Positions 55,666 through 64,000 of a DNA stretch of 64,000 nucleotides are shown here, piece by piece. Every line of letters begins with the position of its first letter. The stretch's first letter is position 1. The notes beneath the pieces are model-generated. The model did no database searches, was not told where the DNA came from, and was given only the letters and a program-made list of their open reading frames with translations. Made by a program: the position numbers and the translations under genes. Location of the stretch: the NCBI GenBank assembly GCA_964016885.1, contig OZ024741.1:379192001-379256000 (forward strand), read 5' to 3'. The stretch is from Eledone cirrhosa. Taxonomy: Eukaryota.

Positions 55666-56084
55666 ACATTGTAAGCTTTAGCCACGTCACTTGAGGGCGA
55701 CCGGCACAGGTGGAAGATCCTGGATGGCGGTCGTCCTTGGGTCTTTGATTTTGAGCCCCATAAGTGAATGTAATAGATAAAATAATAAGTGAATGTAATA
55801 TATAAAATCTATTACATTCACTTATTATATTTTGAATACCTGATGATATCACAGGTTTCATACGAAATCCGGCCATTGAAATGATCATAGTATAATAAAC
55901 CTTTCAAGCTTTTACACAAGTCCAGCCTCCTGTCTTTTCATTATAATATTTAACACCGTACTAGCACCACCAACTACAAAAACAAAGATGGTTGAACTGC
56001 TTTACGTTGAGTACTCTCCATATTATTACATTAAGATTGACCATACGGAATTGATCAGCTCTATCCAGTGGTGAACCTCAAATC

Positions 56085-56144
<60 letters not shown>

Positions 56145-56209
56145 CACCTCCACACACATGTATACACACATACATCTACACACATGTATATATATATATA
56201 TATATATAT

Positions 56210-56580
56210 AAACGGAATAAACGAAACGAAATTTCATTTCTCACTCTTAGTACGGCTGTTACTTAAATATAAGTATGTACACGTACATACATATTTGCAT
56301 ACATACGTACAGTATACATATACATATATACATACATGCACACATATATATATGTACCTATGGATTCACAGAACATTTATTATAATGCTTGGTGTGTTTC
56401 TGAACAAACATCCCGAATTAAGCATACAGTGTCTAGCAACCATCCTTGCTCATTTGTTCAACACTGACAAAGGAACGCTGTACTAGTTTCAAGCTTATTA
56501 GCTATCGTCAGCAACGTATACCTTCCTTCCACATGGATGAACGTCTGAAAGTATATACTTTCCTTATGCATATTAACGGC
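56210..56580 (-). mobile_element. Dispersed monomer of the 420-bp HHR repeat
   Basis: Matches 44725-45080. HHR at 56476-56516 (minus): cgttg CTGACGA t agct aata agct t GAAA ctag TA cagcg. Confidence 0.88.
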
Positions 56581-59500
56581 TCGAATCTTCGAATCTTCGC
56601 CGGTTTAAATGCAGGTGTATTCCGTTATAAATTTAATACAGACATGAGACATGTCATCTAAAAAAAAATATTTGACAAAAGTGTGAATGCTTTTACTTGC
56701 CATGATAACACTTTCATCTGATTATCTCTGTATCAAATATGGAGCTAATTATCTAGTTGGTCCTTATTCTAATTCAGATTTTCTGTTGTGTATATCACGT
56801 GTTATTATTCTCGCATAAGTTGTAGATATATTGGTGTCACTATGATTTTATAATTTTGTACAGAATTATCCAATATATATGTTAATTCGGTGGAATTGGA
56901 TATACACCAATGAACAAAGTCAAGTATATCGTTTTTATAAAATGTTCATATAGTAAAATATATCATGTGTATAACGCCTTTAAATTTGCTGTATCACGTT
57001 TATACATAGGTTTCGTAGCGGACAAAACTCAAGTATTATTCAAATATTCCTTTGAGTTTGGAATTTCTATCCAAATATATAAGCTTCACATTTATGTAAA
57101 AGTGCTCCTAGTCATAATATGATTGAAAAATAACATATCACTAATTAATTTTTCATAAGCAGAATGCTGTTTCAATATAGTTAACATAATGATACATCTT
57201 TATTTTTATTACGGTTGTCTTTTCAGTTTCTTACTTTTCTAACATAATGTTGTTTGTTGAACAAATACATTGTGTACAATATTATTCATGAAAAGAAAGC
57301 GAGAGAAAACTTTGGCTGAAATAACAGAAATATCGAGTTGTTAATAGCAGTCTATCTAGAAAGGACAAAAATGAATGTGTAAGAAGGTTGAATAAGTATC
57401 AGAAGAAACGTTTGAATGAAGCATCTTGTACAATTGCCAAAATTATTCTTTATTTAACTAAACTTCTAAACTGTTCTTCAAAACCTTGAACAAAAGTAAT
57501 GAAGTTCCCTGGTATTGGGCCAAACGCACATTCTTATATTCCTTTATACATTTGCCAGCATCATTTACCCTCAACTTAGACATCCTTCCCAAACGTCCAA
57601 AGATATTTGGTCACAGAATTGCCCAGCTATACAATTGACAATTTCTCACCTTCTTAACAATCACTATATTACATCCCCCTTCTTTTATATTTCCATTAAC
57701 AAATAATTTGCATGAGAACTGGCTTGACCTAATTCCACAATTATATATAACTGAGAATAACTCGGATGCTATAATTTAAAAATTGGTATCATATCTCTCA
57801 TAGTTTAATGTTTTTACTATTTCAATGAATTTATATGGCTGTTGTTTCCTTTCATCCGAAATGCTATCGACGAAAGAAACATTAAATAAACCTTAACAAG
57901 TTGCACGAATACATTGCAGTAGTTAATATCTTAGCAAACATTTATTTAGAAAATATCTGCAGGTTTTGATGAAATGATTATACATAGAATCAGCATACAA
58001 CAAAGAGGCAGTTAGAAAGATTACATACATATGACTGAACACACAATAATGTTTCATATATTTGAAAATGTAATAAACGATGACATTTTGAAAAGAAATA
58101 AGCTAATAAATATAACGGAACATCATTGATTAATTTTGTCTTCATTTTGCTTTACTGAAACAATTGCTTAATATTTGTGAAACGATTCCATTGTTAATTT
58201 GAGTGCTTAGTTACTGTTGTTTTCAGAATTATAACAATGCGTTGATTCGCTTTCATGTTTTCTCACTGAAATTTCCATTTCATATCTCAACATAAATATA
58301 CTTATTGAACAAAATATGTATGCCTAATTTGCGTGAGAGAAAGGCCACTATTATTCAGGGATTCATCAGAGCACTATATCTATGCATCATATTCTAGTAA
58401 CATAATTTATTTGTTTCCATGGCAAATTACACCGTAGAACTCATATAATTATACGTGACATTCAAAGAATTCGTACTTTGCGCAATATAGACTGGCACGA
58501 TTCAAAGAAGCCTGGTTATAATCTGGCATGACTCAGTATTTCCACAAGCGTTTAGTAGTATATGGTGCAACTACAGCTAACTTTCATTTATTGAAACCGA
58601 GTAAGATTTCAATTGTTATGGGTTTCAAATTTTGACAACGCTCAGGAAAATACTTAAACCTGTTTAACATATTCTAGTGTTCTGAATAAGTTTATTACAC
58701 GTATTTAACGAATGGCGTTGTATATAAATGTAATTCGCATTAATTTGATTGGGTAAACTTATATATTATATCTTGTGAAAATATGTAAAACTGATGGTAC
58801 TGGATATATAAATACACGCTGAACTCATTATACACAATATAGATGTTATAGATTAAACAAACCCATTCCTGCCACACATTAAATCACCTGACATAATTCG
58901 AATTATGGGGTAACTGCAAACTGATTTGAGCTCTCGATTTGCTTCCAGGATACGTAAATTTGACAGGGCTCATCTATCTTCGACTTATTAACAAGTATTA
59001 AATCAGTATCGAAATCAGGTTATACAATTTTCAATTTAACCTTCAGGCTCTGCTTTGGGCAGTGGGATACCATGAATTTTAATTAAAAGACGTTATGCGG
59101 ACTGAAACATTCGGAGCTTACTGGGGACAATATGGCTACAACACTATGGCTCTTATATTTCCCATCAGGGTGCCCTCTATTATATAAGCTCAGCCATAAT
59201 TAAGATGGAAATTTCAATTTACAAGAAATGCAATGGAATTACATGGAAAGATAAATCTAATCTAGTCACACCTATCCGTTATCAGTTTCATTTCCGCTTC
59301 TTTTATTCCAGCATTCCTCTTTATTATTATTGATATTTAACCTTATATGCATTGCCAATTCCGATAAATTGTAAGGCGATCACTCAAATTACAAACATTC
59401 GTTGTAAATGTCTAAACTGGTCCCAGCAATACATTATTTGCGGACATTCACTACGAGAACAAAAGCAACAACTAAAATTCAGTAATAAATACCAGGAAAT

Positions 59501-59864
59501 CCATGACCTCCGCTTAATTAGCAAATTGTATAATGTTGAGTTTCACACGAACCGTCTAAACCCCCTTGCCACAACCCAACAAAATAACAACATAAAATAC
59601 ATATTCTAACTAAAATAAAACAACAAAATATTATGCCATCACCGAACAAATATCAATATGATATAGAACTATACAGAATTCATTGGATTGAATTATTGTA
59701 ATGAAAAACATTAGAAATTCGAAGCAAACGGTGCAACGCAAAATCCCTGTTCCACTAAAGTCACTGTCCTTACCTCTAATATTCACATGTTGACAACTGG
59801 CATGTAAAGTAATATAATTAAACAAATAATGACAATACTATAATATAAACATCGGGTGGGAAAA

Positions 59865-60032
59865 TTAATTGTTCCTACAAGGAACAAGGCCAGAAATTGC
59901 TGATGCATTGCTGATGCTTTATTTTATCGAAGCCATAAGGATGAAAGGCAAAGTTAACCTTGGATTTGAACTCAGAACATAAAGGGCCTGCAACGAATGG
60001 CTTCTGACACTCTACCGATACAGTCAATGCAC
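59865..60032 (-). mobile_element. SINE copy (partial)
   Basis: ttttatcga..cataaggatgaaaggcaaagttaacct..gatttgaactcag...ctctaccgatac. Confidence 0.75.
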
Positions 60033-60939
60033 TGGGAAAAGTAATATTGATAAATACGATGAAGGACTGCAGATTGTGTAATGACTCACATTTATATGTA
60101 CAACTCTACTTTTGTCAGGGATAAGTACATTCGAATACAATATCGCATTACATAACAGCGTACATTGCAGTTAAACCAGTTGTTATTTGTCTGTCGGTAA
60201 CATTGTCGAAACGCTCAAGCGACAGAGAATCTAGGGACACAAAACCAATCTGCAGATTGTGAACCATTTCAGGCCATCATGAAACATTCCAGCAGAAACA
60301 AAACAAATTGTGATATGATATTGCAAATGTGCACTAATCACTTAACTATAAGGAGATACATGTGCGCCCAATCATTTGCACAAATCTCGACTTCATGTGA
60401 TTGGTAAGACATTTGGGAGAAATAATAATACTTTTGCGCCTAGATATCCAGATTATATTCTCAGAAAGACAAGGTGGATATAATTACGACAGAGGAGTTA
60501 TTTATATGATTCATGCCATTCGACATAAAAAAAACACAGTACATTCTGTATGAAGTCCGGGATCACACTAAAGCGCTGACAACTTGCTTAGACTATATGT
60601 CTACCAAGAGTAGTTATAGACATTTACACACAAGTCCATGATACGTTACTTGCCTTCTCAGTGTCAAAACGAACAATTTATGAATACATCATGGCACCAA
60701 ACCCATTTGATAATGTCTGCTCTGCTGTGCTGCAGGATGTCTTGGGTTATTGTAGTGAATGTACAATGACGGTATACATCTATAATATTCTGGTAACGGT
60801 ACGTTGATAGTCCACAATCAATATGAAGAATGGAATGAATTCAACAGCCTCTTAAGTGAAACTGATCAACAACCACACTCACCATCACTAGTAAGAGACA
60901 CATATATATGCACACAAAAACATATAGTTTTATATAATA

Positions 60940-61005
<66 letters not shown>

Positions 61006-61604
61006 TGTGTGTGTGTGTATGTGTGTGTGTGTGGGTGTGTTCCTGTGTGTTTGTTTGTTTGTATATATGCTGATATATCTACAGATAGACGAATAGATAG
61101 ATCATAGAGAGAGAAAATAAAAAGAAAGAGAGGAAATAAGGCATATAGGTTATATACGACGTAAAAATGTTGACGGTAGATAAATGTTGTCGAAATTTCT
61201 GATTACCCTTCTATTTCTGAATTCCATTTATATTTAATCTATTTTACAATGTCCCCCATCTTCCTCTTCTATCCACTTCGGGAAATTCTATATCCATTAA
61301 TACGATGAGGAAATGGAGAGAAAGAGGATCATGATAAAACTGAGACGATAACGATCACCATGATGATATTTGCGATGATTATTATGATGATTATGTTGAT
61401 GACAATAATACTCATATTGTTGATGTGGGTGACGGTGAAAGAGGTGTTGGAGTTTATAATGACAAGGATTATGTATAGATTGCAATCACTCAATTCCAAA
61501 TCGAATCCAAGAGAGAATGAATGGATACATTCATAAACTAGTATTCTAAATTACATTGAATTTAATGCATAAGGAATGGTAGTCATTAAATTACATCATT
61601 ATAC

Positions 61605-61728
<124 letters not shown>

Positions 61729-62104
61729 GCATATGTATATATATATGAGTGTGTGTGTATGTGTGTGTGCGTGCATGGGTTGTTGTGGATGTGTGCTTGT
61801 GTGCTTGTGTGTGCGTGTGTCTGTATGCATGTCTCTCTGTGTATAACGAGCCGAGTGGAACCAACATTTGCTTACAAAACATGACAGTTGCATGCTCTTT
61901 ATATATAGTCTACAGAGTAAGCAATGTATGTAAATAATTACTATTACAGATTTATGGAGAATATCAACTAAATGAAAAGAACATTTTAGTATCATATGTA
62001 AGATATTTAACTGAGTGCTATTGTTAAGAAAGGGGCAGGTTAATATAACTAGTAACTTCTCACATAACATTCCATTGCATTATTTTTTATTCTTGTAGGG
62101 CGCA

Positions 62105-62265
62105 TGGTTTGGCAGTACCGGTAATGGGTCGGACGCCATGATTTGTAGCATAGAGTTACGGTCATTTAGGATCTGAGTTCAAAACCCGCCGAGGTTAATT
62201 TCTCTTTCATCCTTACGGAGTGGGTAAAATAAAGTACCAGACACACACCGGGGTCGATTTAATCG
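62105..62265 (+). mobile_element. SINE copy
   Basis: ggcagtaccggta..gtcggacgccatg..gagttcaaaacccgccgaggtt..tcatccttacgg..aaaataaagtacc. Confidence 0.8.
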
Positions 62266-62749
62266 TCATTCCACTCCGCTTTACGTTCGAGGTTCAAATC
62301 TTATCGTGGTGAAACTTGCTGTTCATATTTCCTAGATCAGTAAAATATAGTAACAATCAAGTGCTCTGGTGTATTTAATGTATTCTGAAGTTACTACAAA
62401 TTTGGCCGATCTTGTGCATAAATTAGAAATAATTATTATTTGGGAAGAGAAACGTGGAATGTAAATAAATTAATCATATTTTTTTATGCTATGTTATCTA
62501 TTGATACTATTTTGAAAGCGTTGCCATAAACGATGATTAATATGCAAATACAACGGAGCGGAGTATCCACAATATATCATTGAAGATCAAAGAGTAATGT
62601 AAATCGGTTTTAGAAGTGGCAGTAGTCAGTTAAATCGCAGTAATGAGTTAAATTGCAGTAATGAGTTAAAAATAAAGCAGCGCTTATAAACATATGTGTA
62701 CATCATATGGTCCTAAGGATCAATCCTGTCTACCCTAGAGATATGGTAA

Positions 62750-62935
62750 ATAATTGTTTCTACTTTTGGTACAAGGCCAGCAATTACCCAGTGCATTACT
62801 GGTACTTTATTGTATCGACCCCGTAAGGATGAAAGGCAAAGTTAACCTCGGAGGGATTTGAACTCAGACCATAAAGGACAGTAATTCTACGTTGCAAAGC
62901 ATGGTGTCCGACTCTCTAACGATACTGCCAATCCA
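62750..62935 (-). mobile_element. SINE copy
   Basis: Reverse complement of the 9364-9555 sequence. Confidence 0.85.
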
Positions 62936-63061
62936 CTGCCCTGGTGGTTAATAATACTGAGTAATTAGCTGCTGGTGCAATGCATTTATTTACTATCACA
63001 CAGAAACAAACACACAGACACACAAACTCACAAGCGCGCAAGCACATATACTGTTGACATG

Positions 63062-63121
<60 letters not shown>

Positions 63122-63215
63122 AACCAGTAAGACCCCTATTACCCACTCTACTACCTCAAGTATTGAGTACTTTGGTGCGTTATGGTCCACCTGGTTCCTT
63201 ACCACATTTCCTTCG

Positions 63216-63269
<54 letters not shown>

Positions 63270-63333
63270 GAGCATATTTGGAAACTCGACTTCGTAGAAT
63301 CGAGACATATCCGAGGATCTTGCGATTCAGAGC

Positions 63334-63395
63334 CATGTCTGATCATTGCATCGATCGTGCCTCGAGCTGGTCGCCACAGAAACGATTGTAATATG
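63334..63395 (+). ncRNA. Degenerate hammerhead motif (core CTGATCA)
   Basis: catgt CTGATCA ... GAAA cgattg TA atatg, in a short insert between (TA)n tracts. Confidence 0.5.
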
Positions 63396-63440
63396 TCTAA
63401 TACATCTTATTCGTCGCACCACTGATTCACCGTTTCTTAT

Positions 63441-63491
<51 letters not shown>

Positions 63492-63495
<4 letters not shown>

Positions 63496-64000
63496 GCGCA
63501 AATAATAGCGCAACTAATCAGAGAGAGAATTGACCTAGATGAAATGCAGTTCGGGTTTGTGTCAGGAAAAAGTACCACAGACGCTCTTTTCATTGTACGT
63601 CAACTACAGGAGAAGAACCTAGCTAAAGGTAAACCCCTCTACTTAGCTTTTGTCGACTTGGAGAAAGCCTTCGACAGAGTCCCCCGTTCCATTATCTGGT
63701 GGGCCCTTGAAAACTAGGTGTCGACGAATGGCTTGTGAGAGCTATACAAGCCATGTATAAAAACAGTCAGCAAGGTTAGAATTAACAACGAATATAGTGA
63801 AGAGTTTAGCGTAAAAGTTGGCGTCCATCAGGGCTCTGTTCTTAGCCCCCTACTATTTATTATTGCCCTTCAGGCTATAACAGAGGAGTTAAAGACCGGC
63901 TGCCCATGGGAACTCCTATACGCAGACGACCTGACCCTCATAGCTGAATCAATGGCCGCGCTAGAGAAGAAATTCCAAACATGGAAGCACGGCCTAGAAT
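63492..64000 (+). pseudogene. RTE-clade LINE reverse transcriptase fragment (frameshifted, runs off the window)
   Basis: EMQFGFVSGKSTTDALFIVRQLQEK..LYLAFVDLEKAFDRVPR; GVHQGSVLSPLLF; ELLYADDL. Confidence 0.92.

Noticed and set aside
60804-60892. Possible exon ending at gtaaga (HNQYEEWNEFNSLLSETDQQPHSPSL)
   Set aside because: No convincing acceptor or homology; cannot be distinguished from chance.

Overview
AT-rich eukaryotic non-coding DNA full of (TA)n/(CA)n/(TAA)n microsatellites. The SINE family and the RTE-type LINE look like those of octopod cephalopods (inference). No host gene could be confidently identified. Most short ORFs in the track are microsatellite artefacts or antisense shadows. 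The window is a retroelement landscape with four components: (1) one apparently intact RLE-type non-LTR retrotransposon (R4/Dong-like, 1130 aa, 25659-29051 minus), plus a 3' tandem fragment and a decayed relative, all embedded in (TAA)n; (2) many Penelope-like element (PLE) relics (Naiad-type and a second clade) with RT and GIY-YIG fragments and direct or inverted pseudo-LTRs ending in (TA)n; (3) RTE and CR1-like LINE fragments; (4) tRNA-derived SINEs. The most notable signal is about 20 type-I hammerhead ribozyme (HHR) motifs read by eye. These include a non-coding tandem array of 420-bp units with one HHR per unit (retrozyme-like, 44440-46640, dispersed copy at 56210-56580) and a U3-A8 compensatory-core HHR variant in a pseudo-LTR directly upstream of an unassigned coiled-coil ORF. 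All calls come from manual reading; no database search or folding program was run.
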